DNA of 63,313 nt, counting the filler, from Basidioascus undulatus (lineage: Eukaryota), in assembly GCA_000826855.1 (NCBI GenBank). It is 4 parts of 4 records of this genome, joined end to end, with 100 filler letters (N's around TTAATTAATTAA, not from the genome) between each part and the next. Parts side by side here need not be neighbours in the genome. Positions count along the whole stretch, not along the records: positions 31,785 to 47,499 come from JTLS01000627.1; positions 47,600 to 63,313 come from JTLS01000628.1; 2 more parts are not named here. The stretch is one strand, 5' to 3'. The translations under genes were made by a program, and so were the position numbers. Positions 37,260 through 48,821 of this stretch are shown here, piece by piece (position 1 is the first letter of the stretch; every line of letters begins with the position of its first letter). The notes beneath the pieces were generated by a model. That model did no database searches. It saw only the letters and a program-made list of their open reading frames with translations, and was not told the origin of the DNA.

Positions 37260-38784
37260 TTAGTCGAAGAGACCGAAGCCCATGTCGTCGTCGGACTCCC
37301 TGGGAAGGGGGAAGTGTCAGCACTGAGGCAAGGGGTCGCGAAATGCAACACGAGGAGAACGCACTCCTCCTTCTCGGCCTCCTTGGCGGCAGGGGCCTCC
37401 TCGGCGGCGGCACCGCCTGCGGCAGCAGCGGGGGCAGCAGCGACGGCGAAGGCCGAGGGGTCGGCGAGGAAGGCCTGGACGCACGGAACAGGATCGTGTC
37501 AGTACGAAGTCCGGGACAGCGTGGAAGATCGGGTGAGTGCGGTGGCCATCAGGCTCAAAAATGGTCCTCGAAGCAAAAGCTCGGAATTTTCAGTGTGTGT
37601 TTGTGAAACATCGTTTGACCCAACGCGTGTCCCCTAAGATCCCGAAAGAGTGCGAGATGCGAGAACGCACCTTGGCCTTGGCGGCGAACTCGAAGTCGAC
37701 GTCGACCTCGAGGGCGACGGCGAGGACGTTCTTGTACGAGTTGACGAGGGAGTGGGGAACGGACGCGATCGTCGGGTAGTTGAGCGCGAGCCTGTGGCCG
37801 GGAATGGCGTCAGCGTGCGGCGGCAAGCAGAAGAATGCCATCTGTGGGAACTCACGAGATGGCGGCGACGGCCTTGACACCGGACAGGAAGCGCTCAATG
37901 AGGGTGTCCTCGGAGACGTCAAGGACAGACGGCGAGAAGATGTTGCCGTTGTCATAGACTGCGGAAGCGGGAGCTCGTCAGCTGCATGAAACCAAGCCGC
38001 TGCAAAAAGAGAATTGACGCACTCTGCTCCACAGTCATACCGTAGGTGAACGGACTGAGGACGAAGTTGAATCTCAGCACTCTATCACAGCGCTGGGTGT
38101 GTTCACGAGAAACATACGAGATGTTGAGCATGTTGAGGAGGGTTGCCTCGGAGGTACCGACACGGGTACCGGCGTGGACGACCTGGACCTCGGTGACGAT
38201 TTCGATCGTACCACGGGCGATCTTGGTGGGGATACCAAGAGCCTGGAAGAAGGAGGTCTTGCCGGGCTCCATGCCGGTGTTGCCGGCCGGGACGAAGACG
38301 TCCTTGGGGGCGTAGGCACCGGCACGGGCGGGCGCGGCGACCTTGTTGGCGACGATGATGTCGCGGACGTCCTTCAGGTCACCCGAGGTGAAGACGAAGC
38401 CGATGTTGCCCTTGACGTGCGGGAGCAGACGCTCGAACTGCGGGTTCTCCGAGATGAAGATCCGGAGCGCACGGCGGACCATGGTGTTCTTGCCCATGAG
38501 GACGACACCCTTGCCACGGAGAGCCTACACCAGAATCCGCCCGTCAACAGATCGCACCGCAGCGGATACACCGCAGTTCACGCACGCCACGGATCTGGTG
38601 CATCTGGTTCGACGAGACGTTGTCAACGTTGACAATGAAGATCGAGGCTGTCCGATCCCATACCGCGTTCAGCTCGGCCGCTTGCCTACTCCTCGAACTC
38701 CCTTCAGATCCACTCACGGTACGTCTCGATGTACTCCTGGAGCTTGGCGAAGTACGCCTCCTTCTCGCTGCGGTTGAGACCCAT
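37260..38784 (-). CDS. RPP0: 60S acidic ribosomal protein P0 (uL10)
   Basis: [63 protein letters not shown]-terminal [11 protein letters not shown]; probable 5'-UTR intron ending just before the ATG. Confidence 0.98.
37544..37620 (-). ncRNA. Candidate intronic box C/D snoRNA
   Basis: Inside a 196-nt RPP0 intron (37475-37670): GGUCA/UGGCC terminal stem, degenerate C box ACGAUGU, D' CUGA, C'-like CGAGGA, D CUGA; 77 nt. Confidence 0.35.
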
Positions 38785-40117
38785 CTGCACCACCCACATC
38801 GCACATCAACCTTCCCTTCCCGTGGCGCTCATCCCCGGAAGACGCACTGTTGCTAGATTTATGAAGTGTTAAAAGTGACAAGACCTCCCAATTGATCTCT
38901 GCAATTCCGCCCTCATCAGTCCGCTGCTCATCACGTCCGCGGAGAGAGTATCTGGGGATACGCACCAAAGGATGCAAAGGGCCGTGCGGTTTCAAGGCTT
39001 GCCGATGGATGAAGAGGAGAAGACGAACTTTTGCGCGGCGTGAGCGCCCTGCGACGGCCATTTCGGATTTGGCACATTCCATTTCGGGCCTGCTTGGACA
39101 TGTTTAGTTCTGCATCGCTTGCATTGCCCGTTATTCCCACTGCATCCTTGAACTGCTTAGATATAACTGATTAAGTCAAAGGCACATATGGAGTACGGTA
39201 GAAACATTGAGTCGGCTAGGGAGCGCTTCACCCCTTGGCTACGGGTGCCGAGCTCGTCCTTGCACTCTCGTCGTGCTGTCTCCTTTTCTCCACTCGAAGG
39301 TTTGAAGGTCAACGCTCTAACAGACTTTTAGTGAATTTGATTAACTTATCCTAAAGGTTTCCAACCCAGGAGCTGCATGCGCATTGAGGATACGATGGTA
39401 CCCTGCTGTTTGACCGAAGCCGCAGCGGTCATACTACTTCAAATCGTATATTCCTTCTCCTATGAAGAGCAGTTCTGATAGCAGGGAACATGGGAAAGTT
39501 CCTTTTTTATTTTGATGTGAATATTGCTCCGGAGGAGCAAAGCCCACACGCGCACGCGCACGCGTTACGACATATGCGCGTCTGCCGTTTCAATCGTTGA
39601 TTGTGACAGTGATTGATGCTTCCTGTTGTATAGTACAAACGCTCTACAAGCACACCGTGTCACGCTCGGGAGCAATGCGAATGCAGTTGACTGTGCAGTG
39701 TACCGAGGTCTCCCCGGGGCTTCCACTTTCAGCTCACGAAAGCACCTTTCCGTGTCCCCAAATCGGCGGTAAAAGATTGTAAATCGACCCCGGAACCTTG
39801 TGAGCGACGCCTACCGCGTGGCATGTGCCCTTCGTTGCGCAGTCAGCGAAGGCCGTCGTACCGTCGTTCCGCTGCGACACAGAACAAACAACTCCTGGCT
39901 CGTCTCACACAGCTCGTCCGAGCCTCGCAGCCTCGTTGTAGCGGTACACCGTGGAGCGCGCTTTACCGTCCTCATCGGTGCCTTATACAAGTTCAGCTTC
40001 GAGCCATGGGTCTTTGCTTCCACCCACCACCAGCGTACCCTTTCTTGTGTAGCCACATAGGCGTATTTTGGTTATTGTTCTCTTGCATTGTGAAACTGAG
40101 TTACTTGGAGTAATTAG

Positions 40118-41430
40118 ATGTCGTCGCTCTGCACCTCGTACTCCCGCCCACGTAAGCCTCCAATTTCACCTTCTAGGGCTGCGACAGTTACTGACCTGTT
40201 GGTGCGCTCGCAGGCTTCGTCTGCAACGACTACCTGCACTCTTTCCCTCCCCACTCCTGCCCTCGTGGGCCCACCTGTCGCTTCATTCATCCCACCACTC
40301 CTTCCGCTCTCCTGGAGAAGCAGGCCGCCCAGGCTGTCCCGTACGCACAGTGTGAGTCGCGCAGCTCACTAATCTTTTGCGGGGTCGAGGCTCAGGAGGG
40401 GAAGAGGACAGCGCAACTGTGCAATCGTTTCTTGAAGGGGATCTGCGAGGACGGGGACGAGTGCACGTTCGCGCACGACCGCGACGTGAGGGAGGGTCAG
40501 CAGAGGGGTGGGATGAGGCTGCGCGATGCCAGGCTCGAGGAAGAGGGTGGGTTCGTCACTTGAATATCGGAACGGGGGAAAACGGATCTTTGAGCAGTTT
40601 ACTGACATTAATGTACCCCAAAGACACCTTCTTGTCCTCTGCCTCATCCACTTCGACGCCCACCACCCCGACTTCACCGACGAGCACGGTCCGTCTTCCC
40701 CTCTTCCACCTAGCCTACAGGCTGTCCTGCACTTTTACTGATGTCATTTTTCTTACTTTTATCTCTATTCAGGAAGCATCAAGCTCGCCGCCCTCCACCT
40801 TCTCGGTGCTCCTCTCTCAAGTGCACACGCCCGAGAACGCGCACATCGCGCACCAGCTCAAACGTCGCAAGCCTCGCGGTCCGTCCATCTCTGCAGACCA
40901 TTTCATAAAACACACTGCGCACTGAAAGGGTGAGGGAAGGTAGAGTTTGTCTGCCGCTACTACCTCATCAGCCCGAGCAAGTGCCGCTGGGGCGACGACT
41001 GTCATGATCTGCACCCGGTCGACCCTGCGGCTCTTCAGGTACTTCTTCATGCCTGTCAATATTCCGCTCCCTAGATTTCAAACTGTTGTGATAACTTTCC
41101 CTTATAGCGCACTGCCGCCCTCCAGCAGCAAGTCCACCGTGGCTCATGCTACGTCCAAAGTATGTCTTCTACTCCATCTCCCTCCCCTTCCCCAACGACT
41201 ACGTCGGTCTGACACGTCTGACCGCGCACCCAGACCGCAACTGCACCTTCTTCCAGCGCGGCTCCTGCGACAAGCCAGACTGTCTCTTCATCCACCAGCG
41301 GGACGTGCGCGATCCCCGGTCGGCGCCTCCGCCTGCTGAGGAAGGGCAGGGCGGGCCGGGCTGGGTCAGGAGGAGGCCGAGGGTCGACGTGGGCCAGTTG
41401 TCGAAGCTCCTCAGTGAGACGAGGGTTTGA
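40118..41430 (+). CDS. Multi-CCCH zinc-finger protein; exon structure and start uncertain
   Basis: CNDYLHSFPPHSCPRGPTCRFIH, CNRFLKGICEDGDECTFAH, CRYYLISPSKCRWGDDCHDLH, CTFFQRGSCDKPDCLFIH. Confidence 0.7.
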
Positions 41431-41886
41431 GTGGGAAGATGGAAAATTAGGGAGGCTGGACCGCATAAGGGTTGAAGGTCGCGAGATGGGCAGTGTGACG
41501 AAAAATCGCGGTGTTCTTAATATGGGGTGGTTGCTTGCTTGTATCATTGAAGTTGCTACGCTTGCCAATTTTTTGTGTTTGCCCAAGCTGTTGGTTATGT
41601 GAAAAAGATGTCGTATCAGTTCCTGACACGTATCAATAGAATGTAAACAGCTAATGACAGTCAGTGGCAATGCTTTGACTTCAGCCGTTTTTCCCCCTTA
41701 GCAGATGTTTCTCTTCGTAGCGGCGCGGTGTTAGTAGGTGTGCGGGCTGCCAATGAGCCGGAACTCAACAGCATCCAGCGTACAAGTGCGTCGCAGGCAC
41801 TATAGATGAATTTCGCATGTATGTCGTCTAGTCGTTTCTCCGGGTTCACTCCAATAATTATGCACCTCCTCGATGCAAAGCTCGAT

Positions 41887-43945
41887 TCAAGCGCGGTTGA
41901 GGGACTTCTGCTCCGACGGGAACGCGAAGTTGGCCTGCGCCAACATCAATGCGCCTCGGGGACGGGACGGGACCGGGCCGGTTCCGAACATTTCGTTGTA
42001 GAGGAAGCTGTGGGGAATGAGAGTTAAACAAAGTGGGGTGAGGAAGTTAATAGAAACCTGGATGTGTGTGCTGAAGAAATGCAAAACTTACCCGAGGTCG
42101 AAGTCCTTGACGGACTCGAGCGTCTGACATTGCGAAAGCAGTTCAGCAGCTGCCGGTATTCACACGCAGTGTACGCGAACTCACCTCGGTCTGCTTGTCC
42201 GTAAGCTTGATCTTGAGCCTCGACATTGTCGCGGAGGTGCTGCAAATCCTCAACTGTAAGCCAACCATAGCCAACCGACAGGAAAGAAGGACATACCTCG
42301 AACTTGCGACCACTGACAATGGGGAAGACGTGGACCTCCTTGGCCAGCACGTACGCCAGCGCAACGGCGGTCAAGCTCTTGACGCCAACCCTACGACCTT
42401 CTGGAGGGTTACGCTGGCCTTGATCTCGTCCTAACTCTGCTCATTGCCCAGCATTTTAGGAGACCCTCGCCCGACTTCTGCGCTCCTCGACCTGCTTCTT
42501 GCTCTGAAATTTGCCTGTTCCGCAATCACATCAATCAACTAAGCTAAATCCGAGAGTTTGAGACGAAAGGTACCCCCGCCCAGGCAGTTCCAGGGAGCTG
42601 TAAAAAGTCTATGTTAAATATACTGAGAGTAGGAGAGGATGCGAAGGGACCCACCGAGGGCAAGACCGAAGGAACGAGCCATGGGCTGCACGATCGCTGC
42701 GTGAGTACTCATCTTCTACAAGCAGCAAGGCACCATAAACTCACGACGATTTTGCGCTCAAAGTCGCGGCGGATCACGTTCCATTTGCCTTGGTAAATGG
42801 CGAACTGGGCCTTGCCGTGTGCCCTCGTGTACGTGTTGGCCTGCGCGATCCAGGCTGTCTCGCTCATTTGTCAGGCATATTGTCGAGGGAACTCTGCCGC
42901 ACTGTGTGGAACTCACAGGGCGTGTCCGAAACACCAGGGTAGAGGACCTTGCCAGACTTGACGATAACGTCCAGCGCATCCATCACCTCGGCAATGTTGG
43001 TGGTGTAGTCCTGAAAGGTACGACTGTCAGGACGGGACCGCGCGGCTATCTTCGCTTCAGGTGATATCGCGACTTGCCCACCAGTGCAAGTAGAGGATGT
43101 CAATCTGGAGGAAATTGGGTAAACTTTCAGTCCTGACGAGGCGCACACAGAGGGAACAGGGCGCACTTACCCAGTCGGTCTTGAGCTTGGCCAGCGAATC
43201 CCGCACCTAAAGTCACGGCAGAGGGGTCAGCTACAGATCCCCGGGTTTTCGAAGGATTTGCCCTCAAAACGTACAGAGACGTGCAGAGAGCGCGCGTGGT
43301 TGCCCACGTAGTTCTGAAGCTCGCTGCTGTGTCAGAGCATCGGTTCTCGGCTCAGCGAGGCGGATCACTCTCAGCCTTGATCTTCGCGTCGGTCTTGCAG
43401 CCGGTCGTAAACTTGGTCGCGATGGCCATCTCGTCGCGGTTGCCGCGCTTCTAAAAGAGTCAGTCACAAGGTTCCCGCCCTTCGCGCGTGAAGGAGGACG
43501 TACGACTGCTCGTTCTGGTAGTTGTTGGCGGCTTGATGGCATAACGGCGTCGGCCCAAGTCAGCCAGCCGCTAAACAGGCTGCAATGCTCTGAAGCCCTA
43601 CTATCGATGAAGTTGCCGCTAGCATCTACACGGAACAGCCAGTCAATAACTTATTTTCACCACGCCCGTCAAAGCAGCTTAGAAAAGTATCACCGTAGTA
43701 CGTGTCAAGGAGCTCGAACGCCTGCTCCTTGTTCATGCTGCCCATCATCTCGGACCACGCATCGCAGATCGACATGCTGCGCGCAATGGCTTACGTCCGT
43801 CCACCGAGACGAAGCACACGGACACACGTACACATGGAACAGATGCGTACGCGCCGAGCTGGAGAGGCGACACGCGGAGACAGCAGTGGGGACCGAGCAC
43901 CTGCAGCCATGACACTGAGTAAGCAGGCGAGGAGTCTTCGAACAT
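41887..43945 (-). pseudogene. Aryl-alcohol dehydrogenase-type aldo-keto reductase pseudogene
   Basis: LRVSPLQLG, RDEMAIATKF, IDILYLHWWD, KSGKVLYPGVSD, YQGKWNV..RDFER; frameshift near 42480, TAG near 42432, apparent 2-nt loss near 42217. Confidence 0.85.
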
Positions 43946-45111
43946 GGTCTCTCGCGCAAGAAGGCACGCGATAGCGACCGAGCTCGGTCGGGGGCTGATG
44001 GTACAATAATGGACATTCAGTGATCTTCAGACTGCACTCTTGGATGACCGGTAAGGCACAGGCGGGGCAGGAGCAAACATGGACATTCTAGTTGAACTTG
44101 AGGGAGATGTGTACTGTGTGAGTGAACGTGACAAGGGAAGACAGAAGATGGTGGAAACACGTCCTCGTCCTTATATCTTCCTGGCTGACGAGTGGAGGCT
44201 CCTAAACAGTGTGGAGGGGTGTACGGGAACGTGAACCTGCTGCAGCTGCTGCTGGCGGTCGCTTTCATTCAACAAATCGTTTCCACTCGTTGTGAGACGT
44301 TGCGTTATCCAGGCAAGTACATTAAGTCGGCGCTCGATCTGTGCAGCGACCGATCGGCGACTGGCGTGAACAGCTGGTCCTTGCCTCGCATGTCAACTCT
44401 TGACGAGAAAGAACAGTGGTTTTCTTCCACTCAAAGCTCAAAAGAAGACCTTTGAAGGCCAATGTATGGCATACTCTCTCACATAGATAGAGACCGTTAG
44501 GCTCCTCATCGTCGCCATCGTTGCCCTCAACACCTCGAGCCGCACGCTCCAGGCTCGGGCAGATCGCTCATGGGCCACGTCCCTCTGAGCAGGTAAATGT
44601 ATCTCACGGAATTCCTATTGTTCTTAGGGCTCTTCCATGGAAACAAGACCCTGTATCCTCAGTAAACTCCAAGATTGTATTCTGCGATGACCAGTCCTCC
44701 GACTGGCTTTCATCTCGATAATACCTAGCTGTGAGCCCTCGAAACTCTTCAAAATTAATCTGGCACTCACCCCAGGAACCAGGAACTCTCAGCGACTAGT
44801 GCTGCAATCAGGACACGCGTCCACCGAGAACGTTTCCAACGACGAAAAACAAGTAGTCGATGCGCAAATTGCAGTCTCGAACCAGCAACAGACGCAATGA
44901 TACCGATTGAGGCCAATGACGAAAGAGGCGGGTCGGCCGCCGTCATGGTCCAGTTCGCACCGCCCTCTCGAAATCGCCTCTTCGCGCTCCCTTCGCCCTC
45001 TTCCCCTTCCCGCCTCCTTGTCCTCCAGCGCTCCGTCCCAGATATCCTTTTGAAAACCCCCACGCTAAATTATCTTATCAAAAACCACTCTTCACCTCAT
45101 CCGAGCAACAC

Positions 45112-47499
45112 ATGTCGACCTACCACCAGTCCGACGCGGCATCGCACCGCTCGGTGAGCCTCTCGCGCAAGGGCTCCACTGTCTCCCGCTCGGCGTCCCT
45201 CATCAAGAAGGTCAGTCCCGTTTGTTGTAGAAGAGTCGTGGGTGGAAGAGAGACTGACGAAAGGGTTCATTTCTGGCAGAACACAGCCCCTCAAGAGCTC
45301 AAGCCCAGCGACATCCTCCTTGACCGGTACGTACTGCTCAACCGCGGCTGGAAGGGCTCCCGGAATTGAAGAGGAACACTCTGGGTGGTAGCTTCAATGC
45401 TTGGAAAACCATCACCAAGAACCTCATCGCCTACTTCGAGGGCATCGCCGATATCGAGTCCAACACCGCGCGGGAGCTCACCAAGCTTGGCGGCGTGATC
45501 CAGGTTCCCTTCAAGGAGGGGAACCAATTCCTGGGCGAGGGCGGCCTGCAGGACATCTACTACAACATTCGTGCGTCTTCTTTTCCTTGTCGCTATGATA
45601 GACAGCTGACGTGATTGCGCGTCCACAGGCGACAAGACCCGCGTCATCGCCGACCACCACGCGAACCTGGCCAAGACGGTTGACGGCTCGATTGTGCAGC
45701 ACCTGCAGAAGCTCCGCGCGGAGATTAAGGCGCACATCAAGAACATTCAGAACGACACGGGCAAGCTCGCGACGACCGTCGCGCGCGAACGCGAGTACTC
45801 GACGCGCACCATCTCGGACCTCGCACGCGCGATCACGACGCTCAAGAACACGCCGACGAGCGTGCACGCGCGCGAGGACCCGTTCGTCATGAACCTCACC
45901 GTCGCGCTCCAGCTGCAGAAGCAGGTCAACGAGGAGAACGCGCTGCAGAAGAGCATCATCATCATGCAGCAGGTGCGTAGCCTCAACGCGTCTTGCATCC
46001 TACGCCATATGGCTCACACGTGTTGTGTTTCTTGCAGAACTCTGCGCACTTCGAGGAGGGGATCATTCGCTCGATCCAGTCGGCGTGGTCTACGTTCGAC
46101 GAGTGGCAGTCGCGCATGTCCGCGGAGGTGCAGGAGACCTGGCGGCACATGGGCGCGTTGATGTCGAGCCTCGAGCCCGACTCGGAGTGGGTCGCTTTCT
46201 CCGCGAAGTCGGACCACCTGCTCGACCCCGAGACGCCCTTGTGAGTCATTCAGAGTCATCTGCCCGAGCGATGGTATACTGAAGCCAGGACTCGATGTAC
46301 AGGCGCAACCCTCAACTCATCGACTACCCCGGCAAGGACGACCCGAGCGTCATCCCCGTCCACGTCGGCTGGCTGGAGCGCAAGAAGCGCTTCACAAAGA
46401 CTTACAAGGTTCGTCTGCAATCGTGACATTCGCGTCGACGCGCTTGGCTGAGCTTGCGCCGCTGCTTGCAGGAGAGTTACTACGTCCTCACCCCTGCCGG
46501 CTACCTGGTGAGTCATGGCTTCTTTGGGACTTTGCGACGATTGCTGACTGACGGCGTGATATTAGCACGAGTTCAACTCCGCGGACCCGACGCAGCAGGG
46601 CAGCCCGAACCTCTCGCTCTTCCTGCCCAACTGCACTCTCGGCCCGCCTTCCTCTTCCCGTCTCTCCAAGTCGCACAAGTGTTCGTGGGCTCATGTTTGC
46701 TTTGCCGCTTCCGATGCTAAATCAGTCTTCCGATCGCTCCAGTTCATATTGAGGGCCACAAGCAGACGCACGGCGTCGGCAAGCTCTCGATCTCGCGCGA
46801 GCACTCGTACACGTTCCGCGCGCGCAGCCACGAGGACATGACCGAGTGGTGGAACGACCTCCGCATGCTCGTCTCGCGCTACCTCGTCGCGTCCGAGACG
46901 ATGGACCGCTCCGGCCCCGTCGCGGCCGCCGTCCGCTCCGCGGGCTACCAGTCCGAGGAGGAAGAGGAGGAGGAGGACGGCAGCTCGGTCGAGGAGGAGG
47001 ACGAGGAGGACGAGGAGGACGCCATCCACCACCAGCACGAGCACGACTACGACCAGGAGCACGGCGTCGCTGCGCCGTCGGCCACGCACGAGCACCACGA
47101 GGAGGCCCCGGCGTACAGCCAGCCCAGCCCGGCGAGTGGTATCCAGATGGGCGCGAATGGCTACCCTGTGCATTGTCATTGTTACTCACGCATCTTGCGT
47201 GTCTTGCTGATGCGTCGGGCGTTGAACAGCTCGAGAAGAAGGGCGGTCCCAGCGGCGTGCCGTCCACGGGCGAGCCGTCTTCCGGTCCCGGCGTTCAGCT
47301 CAGCCTGAGCAAGAAGGAGCAGGTTAGTGATCCCTCAACCTTCATCCAAGTTGCGCGTGGCCGTTGCTGACAGTCGTGCCCGACGCTTTTCAGAAGGCGC
47401 CCGAGCAGCCAGTCGGTGAGCCCGGTCCCGCGCCTCCTTCGAGTCTTCCGGTGCAGGCCCGCAGGACGCACTGTCGGCCCGGCGCTCTCATCCTGCCGG
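45112..47499 (+). CDS. SLM1/2-like BAR-PH domain protein, 3' truncated
   Basis: ILLDRFNAWKTITKNLIAYF, helical region HLQKLRAEIKAHIKNIQND, DPFVMN; PH domain GWLERKKRFTKTYKESYYVLTPAGYLHEF, YTFRARSHEDMTEWW. Confidence 0.88.
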
Positions 47500-47599
47500 N
47501 NNNNNNNNNNNNNNNNNNNNNNNNNNNNNNNNNNNNNNNNNNNTTAATTAATTAANNNNNNNNNNNNNNNNNNNNNNNNNNNNNNNNNNNNNNNNNNNN
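47500..47599. other. Artificial contig linker
   Basis: N44-TTAATTAATTAA-N44. Confidence 0.98.
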
Positions 47600-47847
47600 C
47601 GGCACCCACCTCCTCATCCTCCCCCGCCTCCTCCGAGAAAGCAGTGGCCGCCGCCGCCGCCGCGCAGCGGGACGAGCTCGTGCGACTGGAAGACGGCGAG
47701 CCCGCGACGGCTGCGGAGGAGCTGAGAAAGAGCAGGAGCCGCCGCGGCGCGGGTGGGGAGGTGGGCGTGGTCAGCGTGGAGGATGAGAGGAGGGGGATTG
47801 AGCGCGCGGGGGGGATGCAGAGGAGAGAGGCGGAGGGGGAGGTTTGA
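47600..47847 (+). CDS. 3' end of an unidentified gene (...MQRREAEGEV*)
   Basis: GC-rich open frame from the contig start to TGA, followed by AT-rich UTR-like sequence. Confidence 0.4.
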
Positions 47848-48256
47848 GAGAGGGAGAGGGTTAGATCTTCTTGGGGTGGAGGGAGTGTAGGGTTTATTTA
47901 CTTTAATTCGTAATGAGTTTATTGCTTTGCAGTGCAGGGAGGCTGGTGGTGTTGCTTCTTGCTTGCGCTCTCCCGGGCACGCGTCTGTGAGAGTTTGGTT
48001 TCCGCTCGGTTTGGAAACCCGCACTTCCAGGCGCGCTGGGACACAGTTGACAAGAATCATCGAATGCAGCGTGAAATTTTCAACAAAACGACAAGGGCAG
48101 ACAGTGGCAGTACACGACGAGTGGGGGGGGACCTTAAAGAAGACATGGTTTCTGTAGAACACAAGGCCGCAGCAGACCATCAAAACTTGATCAAAACTGT
48201 CAGCTTGAACATCCTACAGCTGAGATGAATTTCTTACAAGCAACTCCACCCCCTCC

Positions 48257-48821
48257 CTACGGGCCCACTTTGATCGCGCACGGCCCCGCGCCGGCCGCAG
48301 ACAGAACCGTGTTGTTTGGATAGGAGAGCCTCAAACGCAACGAACGATCTTTCCTGCAGGACACTTCCCGATGGGCTTGAAACCGCCGGTGGAGTCGACG
48401 AGGATGAGGCACTGGTTCCCGCTCGTGGGGCTGCCGAGGAAGAGACCCCAGTCGTTGCACCCCTCCGTCGCCTGACACGCCCGGCAGCAGGGAAGGACGT
48501 CCGTGATGTTTTGGAGGAGGACGCCCCGCTGGGATCGGGGGAGACGGAGGGGAAGGGAGGGTCCGGGAAGGGGAGCAGGTGTCCTGCGAAAGGAGTTGAG
48601 GGGAATGCATTAGTTGGTAGGCAGTCTGTTTATAATTTTCCGGGAGGGGGCCTACCTTGTCCAACTTCTTGTGCTTCTTCCACTCCTTGTCCTTGCCTCG
48701 ATCATCCAAATCGATAAGACCGCAGTCTCTCCACCTCTTCGAGAAGGGGAGCAGCCTCCGCGAAAACGCTGGAGAGGCAGGCGAGAGAGAGGATGGGGAG
48801 AGAATTGGGGCTGAGACGCAT
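48257..48821 (-). pseudogene. Frameshifted small secreted Cys-rich protein
   Basis: Signal peptide MRLSPNSLPILSLACLSSVFAEA, one intron, DVLPCCRACQATEGCNDW..NQCLIL..KCPAG..GAGPC spread over different frames. Confidence 0.55.

Noticed and set aside
34149..43945. Biosynthetic cluster of lyase fusion, aldo-keto reductase and zinc-finger protein
   Set aside because: Interrupted by housekeeping RPP0, the reductase is a pseudogene, and no Egt1, NRPS or PKS gene is present on the contig.
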